DNA of 64,000 nucleotides from positions 1 to 64,000 of the IMG/VR virus record IMGVR_UViG_3300028676_000005. The stretch is one strand, 5' to 3'. Positions 15,781 to 24,150 of this stretch are shown one piece after another (the first letter of the stretch is position 1; every line of letters starts with the position of its first letter). The position numbers and the translations under genes are program-made. The notes below the pieces were generated by a model. It had not been told where the DNA came from. It did not search any database and saw nothing but the letters and a program-made list of their open reading frames with translations.

Positions 15781-16500
15781 TTATTCTCTAAGTTTAATGC
15801 GGGCCGCTTCTTCGTTAAAAGCAGATCTGGTAGATTTGGAAATGTCATTAGCAATTGCAGTAACTACACGTTTAGGGTCTTTCCAAAACATTGTTCGCCA
15901 ATCAGATTCTGCCTTTTCTAGAAGTACCAACTCGTCAATGAAATTTATTGCTAATCCGCCTGTGACCTCTTTGGTTAACTTATTAAAATTACCCAAAGCC
16001 CAAATGGTATTATCTTTGTATTTGTTATTGGGTATGTGCCGTATTGGCACCCCAATCAGTTCTTTGGGTCCGTGAACAACTTTAAATTCATCGGTTATTG
16101 TGGGCTGGTCAGCTAAGATGATTTTGTTTTCAAAGCCGAAGAGTCCAGAAGGAAACACTTGACTGATTAATTCTCCTTCTAGGGCCAGCCCACAAAAAGA
16201 ATAATCGGTGTGCATAATCGCCGATTTAGGAGTTTTACCAAACAAAGTAGTACTAAATAATATATTTCGATCAAAGCGAAGGTATTGATCTTCAACTAAT
16301 TGGTTAGTAGTATATCTTTCGATAACCTCCCCGCTATCAGTCATAATGACCAATTTAGCCAGCAGCTCCAAGCGGCCACGTTCTCCTATTTGAACATATG
16401 GAACCCCTTGTGAAGTATTCCTAATAATAACTAAAGAACCTTCTTTTACTTGGATAGTTTTTTCTGCAATGCCACGAGAGTTATAAACTACAAGAATCAT
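15781..16500 (-). CDS. Hypothetical protein (paralog-family N-terminal domain)
   Basis: 239-aa ORF with GGAG RBS. Confidence 0.75.
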   Translation of the reverse strand: MILVVYNSRGIAEKTIQVKEGSLVIIRNTSQGVPYVQIGERGRLELLAKLVIMTDSGEVIERYTTNQLVEDQYLRFDRNILFSTTLFGKTPKSAIMHTDYSFCGLALEGELISQVFPSGLFGFENKIILADQPTITDEFKVVHGPKELIGVPIRHIPNNKYKDNTIWALGNFNKLTKEVTGGLAINFIDELVLLEKAESDWRTMFWKDPKRVVTAIANDISKSTRSAFNEEAARIKLRE

Positions 16501-16510
16501 GTTGTATCTC

Positions 16511-16753
16511 CTACCCTTTTAGACTTTTGAAAGGTATGGTGCCCAAATGGGTACCACAACTGGCGTACATGGCAACGTCACCATGCAAAGGAATAACTAC
16601 TGGCTGGGCATCACCTTTACCAGTAAGTACTATTACTGGTAACTTGCCATCTTCAGTACTACCTTTGTTAAAAGTAACGTCCTGGGTATCTGGTATTTGT
16701 AACACTTTAGAGATGACGCCATCTTTATCATTCAGTCTAAAAATTAAACTCAT
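16511..16753 (-). CDS. Hypothetical protein (paralog family)
   Basis: 80-aa ORF. Confidence 0.7.
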   Translation of the reverse strand: MSLIFRLNDKDGVISKVLQIPDTQDVTFNKGSTEDGKLPVIVLTGKGDAQPVVIPLHGDVAMYASCGTHLGTIPFKSLKG

Positions 16754-16825
16754 GGTCTACTCCAAATGTTAAAATACATTAATAACTCTACCTGCCTGGT
16801 TAGGGCAGGTAGAGTTATATTTGCT

Positions 16826-17437
16826 TTACGCCGCTTTAGCAGGCTTTTCTTTTTTGCCGTCTTTCTTGTCTTCATCTTTGGCCTTTGGTTCTTCAACCTT
16901 AGGCTTCAGGTGTTCAGGGCGCACGCTAGGTACCGCTGGCGCTTCTGGGGTGACGAACTCAATGATGTCGCCGCCACTATGAGGATCGAGACGGATCGCC
17001 GCTTTAACAGCCGATTTAGCGTCTTTACCAATTGCCATGATGGCCATTGCATAACGACCGCCGCTACCTTTGGCAACCGGACCGCTGTAAGGGATAAGCG
17101 CGGAGTGGGTGTTACGCTTTTCTTTGTTGGTGTCGACAGTCCAGTCGTAGGCCAGACGGTCTTCAGTAACCAGGATGGTCGAGAAGAACATGTCGTCTTC
17201 AACGTCCACTTGCGTACGGTAGGTAATACCTTTGTGCAATTCGTGCTTGATGTAATCAATCGACCGAGCGTCACCTGAAACAGCGAATGCAATAACACGT
17301 TTGCCGTTAGCTTCCCAGTATTCGGTTTTGTCGTCTGGAAAGTAGATCTTCTTGAAGGGTGTCAACCCAATAGCGCCATTGCTGGTAATTTGGCTGTCAC
17401 TGGCCAGGTTCTTACCATCCCAAACAATTGTGGTCAT
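16826..17437 (-). CDS. HslV/proteasome-beta-like Ntn hydrolase
   Basis: N-terminus M-TTIVWDG...ASDSQIT (Thr nucleophile), plus GSGGRYA and RLDPHSGG motifs; K/E/D-rich tail. Confidence 0.75.
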   Translation of the reverse strand: MTTIVWDGKNLASDSQITSNGAIGLTPFKKIYFPDDKTEYWEANGKRVIAFAVSGDARSIDYIKHELHKGITYRTQVDVEDDMFFSTILVTEDRLAYDWTVDTNKEKRNTHSALIPYSGPVAKGSGGRYAMAIMAIGKDAKSAVKAAIRLDPHSGGDIIEFVTPEAPAVPSVRPEHLKPKVEEPKAKDEDKKDGKKEKPAKAA

Positions 17438-17547
17438 GTACTATTTCCTTTCTACCGGTTTATTGATATCAACTTGGCTTGCTTAAGCAATATACTAATT
17501 AGTCTAGTAATAAACTAATTACTTTATTCAGTTCTCCACACGCATAG

Positions 17548-17556
17548 GTAATATAG
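17548..17556 (-). promoter_or_regulatory. Early promoter motif CTATATTAC
   Basis: Exact copy, ~110 bp upstream of the HslV-like gene. Confidence 0.7.
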
Positions 17557-17964
17557 GTTTATAATCTCTTTGGAATGGCTCTGCATGCAAATATAACCCT
17601 TACCCACCACTCCTGCTAGGGAGAGGTAGATAAACTATTATTTATTAACTTAAAAGCACATTCTACGGGTATTATTATTATTATAAATTAGGGCTTCGCC
17701 CTAAGGGACTTATTCTGTCTATACTAAAGTATAAGAAGCATAGGTCGTCATCTCTGAAGAGATTCCTCCTCTAGCATCCTCCCCGGTAAGGCTATCCACT
17801 CCGTTACGTTCGCCTACGGCTCACTTCACTTCGTTCCTATCCTTACCACCCCCTCCTTCAAAAACCTCGAAGGAAAAAGCGGTTAATTACATAGCATGTA
17901 ATTTCACCTTAAAAATACTTACTTAACAAAAATGTTATAGACCGGTTTCTTAGAGGCAACAATT

Positions 17965-18813
17965 ATGAACGCAGTTCAGTATGCGATTAACAGACTGTTT
18001 GGTAGCAACATCGATGATTACCTACTTAAGCTAGCTTTTGAAAAGAACCCAAATACTAACTGGGCTGGCAACTGGTACAACACGATTAACTCTACTACGG
18101 TAGAACAAGGTATCATGGAAAAGGTTATCCACCGGGTTGTATTGCCAGCGTGTAACGCCCGAGGTGGTAAGACTGAGTACATCGATCTGAACGGTAGTGT
18201 TATCCGTGACCTTGGTAATGGTTGCATTGAGGTTAACGTACCTGAGACTTTGACTGGTGGTCGAAAGATCATTTCTGTTGCAGAAGTCTTCTTGGGTAGC
18301 ATGACCTCCGCTAGCGGTATGTTGGGCATGGGTATTAACGATACGGGTACTTGTGGTCAAGGTAGCGTAAGCGACATGACCCAGGCATTGGTAGACGGTC
18401 TTAGCCCTAGTCGGATGATGCCCATCACCTATACCAACATTCACATGACCGGCAACAACTGTTTTGTTATCTTTGGTATGAACAGCGGTACGTTCTCTAT
18501 GTCTGCCAAGATGACACTAACCTATGATGAAGGTCTGAGCAGCATCAGTACTCGCCACCATGAATTGTTTGCAGACCTGGTAGAACTGGCTGTTAAGGCT
18601 TACATCTACCGTACCTGCCGTCGACCTACTAGTGAGGCTATCCGCCGTGCTGGTGTTAACCTCGATGACATTCGTGATGATATTGCGGAGTTCCGAGGCG
18701 CTTGGGACGAATACAAAGAAATGGTTAAGACCACCTGGACCAATGCAATGGCCTGGAGTGACCGTCTGTCTGTTCATAACAACATCAAGGCATCGGTCCC
18801 TCGACGGATGTAA
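17965..18813 (+). CDS. Conserved hypothetical protein, probably virion/morphogenesis
   Basis: 282-aa ORF with GAGG RBS in a three-gene operon convergent on terL; function inferred from position only. Confidence 0.7.
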   Translation: MNAVQYAINRLFGSNIDDYLLKLAFEKNPNTNWAGNWYNTINSTTVEQGIMEKVIHRVVLPACNARGGKTEYIDLNGSVIRDLGNGCIEVNVPETLTGGRKIISVAEVFLGSMTSASGMLGMGINDTGTCGQGSVSDMTQALVDGLSPSRMMPITYTNIHMTGNNCFVIFGMNSGTFSMSAKMTLTYDEGLSSISTRHHELFADLVELAVKAYIYRTCRRPTSEAIRRAGVNLDDIRDDIAEFRGAWDEYKEMVKTTWTNAMAWSDRLSVHNNIKASVPRRM

Positions 18814-18822
18814 GGACTAACT

Positions 18823-20205
18823 ATGTTTGATGCTCAAGTGGAATACCCGTTCATCAGTTGGACGGGTAATGATGGTTCGGTTACTGGTGCTGAAGTGTTC
18901 AATTTCTTTGAACCAAAGTCCGACCACGGCGTTGACTGTATTGACGGTATGGAGGCTTTGTTCTCCGACATCAACTACACTAGCCAAAAAGCCATTCTGG
19001 CTGTCTGTGAGAAGTTTGGGGTTGATTTAGAGATAACTCCAGCCTGGGCGTTGTCTTTGCGTCGTTACGTCTACAACTTCATTACACGGACCGTAGGGGT
19101 GGTTGACTACCAACAGTTTTTCGGTAGCCCTTACCTGGGTCTTCAAAAGATCACCTTTACCACTGGCGACCGTAACCTGTGGTTTAGTGAGATCTTTGAC
19201 GTGGATGAGGAGGAACTTAAAGAGAACCTCCACGAAGTAAGTTCCATTAAGAAAGAATGGAACGTAGTAGGCGATGTGTTCAACATGACCATCCCTTACC
19301 TGATGTATCGTATCTACCACTCCAAGCTTGATGCTAAAACCAAGCACCAGGCTCTGGTAGACGTTGTGTCGATGTATCACTACAAGTGCTTCACCAGTAT
19401 CATCCATAACGACTATCCTTTCCAGGCGCGTCGTGAGGTTGTTCTGGAGACCTACAACCGGCTGAGTCTGAAATACGACATCAAGCGTTACGGTAGTTGG
19501 CGAGCACTGATTGAGGCGCGTGCTGAGTTTATTATCGATCCCAAGACTGGCATTCACTTTGAAGCCTTTACTGAGATGAAAGACGATAAGAAGATCATCT
19601 ACATGGTAGGTGACATTCAGAACCGTTTCCGTCGGGTGATTAACGATATCAACAAAGTGTTCCACGAAGTCAAGAACAAAACAGACATTGTCTCCATTGA
19701 AGGAGCCAAAGTTAACCTCAAGGACGAACTTACCATCAAGTCGGTAAGTAAAGAGGTTAGTCAGTACAACTTGTATATTGAGCGAATTCTCACTGAGGAA
19801 ACATCCTTTTACAAGACAGAGCTGGCAAGGTACGCATCCTCGGTTTTGGAAAACCCAAATACTGACAAGCTTGGTTACTTGTTGCAGAAGTTCCCCGCTG
19901 TATACAAGAACCCGAAAAAACCGCAATACAAAAAGTTCATTGACGCTGTAATTACCCACATGTACGAATACCTTCACGTTAACAATATCCGTAAGACTAA
20001 CGTCTACGAGGTGTTGGTTCGTCTCCGCGGAGCCTACGGGGCACCAAAGAGTAAGAACGATACAGTTAAGGATGTTCGGATGCTGGGCGATGAGATCGTT
20101 AAAGAACTGACTGGGATTAAAACCCCTATCACGATTCAATCTCTTCGTGCAGGACTAAGCTTGTACATTGTCTTGCGAATCCTCTCCCGCGACTACTACG
20201 AGTAA
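18823..20205 (+). CDS. Conserved hypothetical protein, probably virion
   Basis: 460-aa ORF with AGGA RBS. Confidence 0.75.
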   Translation: MFDAQVEYPFISWTGNDGSVTGAEVFNFFEPKSDHGVDCIDGMEALFSDINYTSQKAILAVCEKFGVDLEITPAWALSLRRYVYNFITRTVGVVDYQQFFGSPYLGLQKITFTTGDRNLWFSEIFDVDEEELKENLHEVSSIKKEWNVVGDVFNMTIPYLMYRIYHSKLDAKTKHQALVDVVSMYHYKCFTSIIHNDYPFQARREVVLETYNRLSLKYDIKRYGSWRALIEARAEFIIDPKTGIHFEAFTEMKDDKKIIYMVGDIQNRFRRVINDINKVFHEVKNKTDIVSIEGAKVNLKDELTIKSVSKEVSQYNLYIERILTEETSFYKTELARYASSVLENPNTDKLGYLLQKFPAVYKNPKKPQYKKFIDAVITHMYEYLHVNNIRKTNVYEVLVRLRGAYGAPKSKNDTVKDVRMLGDEIVKELTGIKTPITIQSLRAGLSLYIVLRILSRDYYE

Positions 20206-20213
20206 CAACTACC

Positions 20214-20507
20214 ATGAGCGTCTCTAAAATTCTTCCCCTCACGTTCAATCCTACCCACATGATCGGCCGTGCTGAAATCAAGCACGCCAAAGGTAGTACC
20301 GACGTGTTCTTTGTTGCTCCAAACTCCGCTGTCACCGTCCCAGCAGAAGAAACCGTTGAGTTGGACGGTACTGAAAGTTACTTCACCAGTCGCTTGCTGG
20401 CAGAAGCCAATTACAAAGATGTCAGTAACGATGTTAAGGTTATCCCGTCGCTTCTCGGTCGTGGCCTGTCCGATATGACAGACTTCCTCGGCAAGACGTC
20501 GCGTTAA
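20214..20507 (+). CDS. Hypothetical protein
   Basis: 97-aa ORF closing the operon. Confidence 0.7.
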   Translation: MSVSKILPLTFNPTHMIGRAEIKHAKGSTDVFFVAPNSAVTVPAEETVELDGTESYFTSRLLAEANYKDVSNDVKVIPSLLGRGLSDMTDFLGKTSR

Positions 20508-20523
20508 TAAGCCCACGTAAAGG

Positions 20524-20561
20524 TATACTCCCAGAGCCCTTGTAGGGGCTCTGGGAGTATA
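20524..20561. terminator. Bidirectional terminator hairpin
   Basis: TATACTCCCAGAGCCC / GGGCTCTGGGAGTATA between convergent genes. Confidence 0.85.
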
Positions 20562-20566
20562 TTGCT

Positions 20567-23500
20567 TTATGCTGCTTTTTTCTTGTTCTGCACCATACGC
20601 TTAGCTCTTTCGAGTTTGGCGTTTTCAATCAACGTATCTACTGTCAACAGTTTAGCTGCATCTGGTGGAAGCAGTTTGCTAAGCTTGATGATCTCAGCTT
20701 CCAAACGAATAGCCAAAATGTTGTCAGGAGTTTTAAGCAACTCTTCTGTAAACGCGGCAATCTTGAGACGGATGTTCTCAAAGAACTTCAACATCGAAGG
20801 ATCTACAGGAGGTGCTTTCTTGTCCTTACCTACATCGAGGAGACTTTGGGTCTCAATAAGAGCAAGCGCTGACATGATGCCGTAAAACGGTTTGTTTGCC
20901 CCCAACTTGATAAACCAGTAGGTAAGCAACCAGGAGATAACCAAGTCATCGTGCTGTTTCGAATCGTGGTCAATGCGATCGCCCTTAGTCCTTAGGTTAA
21001 TCAATTCATCGGCCAGCTTATCGTAGTTAATCCCATACCCAGTAATGGCAACCGCTTCTTGAATAAGACCATACAGGACCTTACGCGAGTTAGCTGTTGT
21101 CACAAACCCAAACAGATGTTTAAGTTTCAGATAGAAGTTCTTATCACGATAAGCAAACTTGGTGTTTTGAACAATCTCCAATTCTTTCTGATGGTTAACA
21201 GGGTCTTGATAGACTTGGTTGTAGATCCGTGTGAACGGGTCCATTCCTTTACTTGGCAAGATAATCAGCAAACTGTCGATCATGTGGTGAGCATAGTTAC
21301 GCTCAATCACCAACACACTGTTCTGAATAACTTCCAAGAGGTCCACGATAACCGCTGTCACATCGTCCAGGAGAGCCAAAGCGTAACGACCCACACCAAC
21401 TACCGTACCTGTCTTCATCGACCGTATAACGACCGTACAGGCGTCCTTGTTGATAGCAGAAGAGGTATCCACCCCAATGATGAAGTGATCGTTGTGTTCC
21501 TTCTTACTCATTTCAGCAAGTTTTTCTTGAGTAACAAAGAAGTCCACAAACAATCCACTATTGCGATACTCTTTGCTCCAGACACGTTCTCGTTTAACGT
21601 TGTTAATTGCCTCACGAGTAATGTCGTCGAACAAACGACTCTCACCATCCTCAACCCACATTAACAACAAGTCGATCTTGGCCTTAGCCAAAGTCAATTT
21701 GAGATCGTCAATGGTGCGTTTTACCCAGTCCTTGTTCTTACCTAGTTGCAGGTAGTTGTAAATCATGGATACCGCAGGAGAAGTAGTACTCTCCGGAGAT
21801 GCCCTAATCAACCGATCCTTCAGATGGCTTTCGCTGAACGAATCAAAGAACTTCTCACGCCACTCGGTAGCAGACATGAGTTTCTTGAACATGAACTCGC
21901 CACTCGGGTGAAGAGTAGTGTTCGGGGTGGTGATGTAACCAATACCGTACGTGATGCCAGCTTCTCGACAGAGTTCCATTTCCGTCAGAGCAGAAGGCAT
22001 CGAACCGTTGATGATCGCCTCAATCCAAGGAATGTATCCAGGCTCATCGAGGAACGTTGTACCTACCGTAAGACCACGACCAACGTCACCAGCGGCATCT
22101 TTACCGATCTGTGGAACGTTAATCGTTAATACGTTTACCTTATCGTCACCAAAAGACCTGTACGTCAGCGAGGTACCAGCATCCTTGTCCTTATACGTCG
22201 GGTTAACGAGGTACGTGGGGATACAGCTTCGCATCCGTTTAACAGCATCAATGAACTGAGCCCTGTTATCACTTTTCAGGGTAATAACGTGAGTCTTGTA
22301 ACCACGCCCATTGATGTAAGTCAGCCAGAAGTTAATAACCTGAACAGACACTGTGTTGTGAGTAACAATGAAGTCATCCGTTACGTACAGATGTTCCTCG
22401 TTGTCAACCTCAATACAGGTGCATTCATCATGACCAGCGTAAGACGTCTTGGTAATGAACAAACGGTTTTCTACATCTGGTCTTGGTGCATCTTTAAATC
22501 GGAAGTAACCAACTTCGTCTGGAAGGGTGACAACTACCGAATCTTTAAAACCTTTAGCTGTACCGCCAAGACTACGCGCCAGGTATTGAACCTGGTTAAT
22601 CAGGACCGGTGTAAGCCCTTCACAGAGAACACCAGACTTCGTTACCTGACCTTGGTCAAGAAACGCCTGTAGCGCAGCTGTACGGTCTTTAATAGAGCCT
22701 TCCAGATAGTCCGTGGGAAGGCCAGCTTCTCGACGAATACTGAAATCTTTGTTATTACCCATTGTCAGGTAATACGCGTCACCTTCAACCACCAACCGCA
22801 AATGCTTTGGCATATTGGTAGCAATGAAGTTAACAGCCGTAGTCGACAGGTTAGCCAACTTAAGCTTACCACCTTGCTGCTCTTGAGCAAACAAAGTACC
22901 CATGATGTACGGGTCGGTAATGTGATTCTGGCAAGGACCGTCTTCAGGGGTAATTACTGGCAACTCAACCTTCACACCTTTCTTGATAAGGGTGATGATT
23001 TGTGCTGTGGTGTATTCATCCCAAACTGGCTCACCATTGATCTCGTTAGAGTGGTCACCAATGTTCCACAAATGCTCAGCACCAGCGTCAGTGCGACGTC
23101 CGTCAGAACACTCAATTGTGTAAAGACGTTTTTTACCTTGTGGGTGAATACCGATAACCGTTGTAGGTTTACCAAGCCGGTCAATAACCTCATCGCCAAT
23201 ACGAAGGTCTTTTATCTTGACCCAACGATCTTCAAGACGAATCGTGCCATTACCCGGCATGTAACGCTTGACGCGAACCTTAGAACTGTTACGCTGGAAC
23301 TTGCCTTGCTGACGAGGCATGATCATGTAAGAAGTAATGTGGTTCAGGTAGTTCCAGATAAAACTAATGTTACCCCGGTTTGCCTGAAAGAAACGGTCAG
23401 AACGAACCTTGCAGATCTCTCGTAGAAAATACCAGAAGTTAGTTCGGCATTCTTCCATGATCCACATGCGCTGATCGTTAGTCAGATCTTCCGCATATGG

Positions 23501-23854
23501 GTCCACACCTTTCAGCATTGGGTTGTTAAGTTGCAAACAGAAGAAGTAGTTCTTAATCCCCTGCCTTTTAAAAATCTCTGCCGTACGTAAGAAACTTTTG
23601 TTAGGGGTTTCCATATCCGGAACTGCCCGATAACGCATGAAGTCCTTAAGAAAACGTACAGTCTTAATGCTGTGCAAACTATCTTCGTTGAAGTGAGCCA
23701 TTAACAACTCATCTTCGGTACGTGCTTTCCAATCGACACGCAGTCTATCGTCGTCAATCAATTCCTTAGGAAGATTGTGTGTCCCCAGATAGTCGTACAT
23801 GCCCTTGGCCGATTCGAGTAATCTAGCGTACTCTACATTCGTGACCATGACCAA
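20567..23854 (-). CDS. terL: Terminase large subunit (intein-containing)
   Basis: Walker A MPRQQGK|T interrupted by an intein, Walker B TTFLDE, YITT coupling motif, nuclease IIGVDTS and HDDLVIS. About 780 aa after splicing. Confidence 0.93.
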   Translation of the reverse strand: MVMVTNVEYARLLESAKGMYDYLGTHNLPKELIDDDRLRVDWKARTEDELLMAHFNEDSLHSIKTVRFLKDFMRYRAVPDMETPNKSFLRTAEIFKRQGIKNYFFCLQLNNPMLKGVDPYAEDLTNDQRMWIMEECRTNFWYFLREICKVRSDRFFQANRGNISFIWNYLNHITSYMIMPRQQGKFQRNSSKVRVKRYMPGNGTIRLEDRWVKIKDLRIGDEVIDRLGKPTTVIGIHPQGKKRLYTIECSDGRRTDAGAEHLWNIGDHSNEINGEPVWDEYTTAQIITLIKKGVKVELPVITPEDGPCQNHITDPYIMGTLFAQEQQGGKLKLANLSTTAVNFIATNMPKHLRLVVEGDAYYLTMGNNKDFSIRREAGLPTDYLEGSIKDRTAALQAFLDQGQVTKSGVLCEGLTPVLINQVQYLARSLGGTAKGFKDSVVVTLPDEVGYFRFKDAPRPDVENRLFITKTSYAGHDECTCIEVDNEEHLYVTDDFIVTHNTVSVQVINFWLTYINGRGYKTHVITLKSDNRAQFIDAVKRMRSCIPTYLVNPTYKDKDAGTSLTYRSFGDDKVNVLTINVPQIGKDAAGDVGRGLTVGTTFLDEPGYIPWIEAIINGSMPSALTEMELCREAGITYGIGYITTPNTTLHPSGEFMFKKLMSATEWREKFFDSFSESHLKDRLIRASPESTTSPAVSMIYNYLQLGKNKDWVKRTIDDLKLTLAKAKIDLLLMWVEDGESRLFDDITREAINNVKRERVWSKEYRNSGLFVDFFVTQEKLAEMSKKEHNDHFIIGVDTSSAINKDACTVVIRSMKTGTVVGVGRYALALLDDVTAVIVDLLEVIQNSVLVIERNYAHHMIDSLLIILPSKGMDPFTRIYNQVYQDPVNHQKELEIVQNTKFAYRDKNFYLKLKHLFGFVTTANSRKVLYGLIQEAVAITGYGINYDKLADELINLRTKGDRIDHDSKQHDDLVISWLLTYWFIKLGANKPFYGIMSALALIETQSLLDVGKDKKAPPVDPSMLKFFENIRLKIAAFTEELLKTPDNILAIRLEAEIIKLSKLLPPDAAKLLTVDTLIENAKLERAKRMVQNKKKAA
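22355..23299 (-). mobile_element. Class 3 intein (315 aa) with a degenerate LAGLIDADG endonuclease
   Basis: Starts FQRNSSKV, block B AEHLW, block F CTCIEV, ends IVTHN before extein Thr. Eroded blocks DPYIMGTLFAQ and AALQAFLDQG. Confidence 0.88.
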
Positions 23855-23873
23855 ACTCCGTTTGTTGAAAACA

Positions 23874-23903
23874 CTAACCTACTGGCTTACGCCAGTAGGT
23901 TAG
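23874..23903 (-). terminator. Terminator hairpin
   Basis: 13-bp perfect stem CTAACCTACTGGC / GCCAGTAGGTTAG. Confidence 0.7.
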
Positions 23904-23928
23904 CTCGCCTGTAGTATTTACACAGTTG

Positions 23929-24135
23929 TTACTGGGCCACAGGACTTTCTACAAAACCAGCAGGAGGTTTTTCTACTTCACGGCTAGTGACAGCCCGATC
24001 ATCGTAGATAAGAACTTCGGTGCTTTCGCCGTTTTGCAGAATGCGCTCTTCGATAACCTTACCGTTGGCGGTAACACTTACCAACACGTATTTGGTATCA
24101 GCGCAATGCGCACTAACGTTTACTTTAGAAGTCAT
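23929..24135 (-). CDS. Small hypothetical protein
   Basis: 68-aa ORF with AGGA RBS. Confidence 0.65.
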   Translation of the reverse strand: MTSKVNVSAHCADTKYVLVSVTANGKVIEERILQNGESTEVLIYDDRAVTSREVEKPPAGFVESPVAQ

Positions 24136-24150
24136 GACAGTTCCTTGAGG

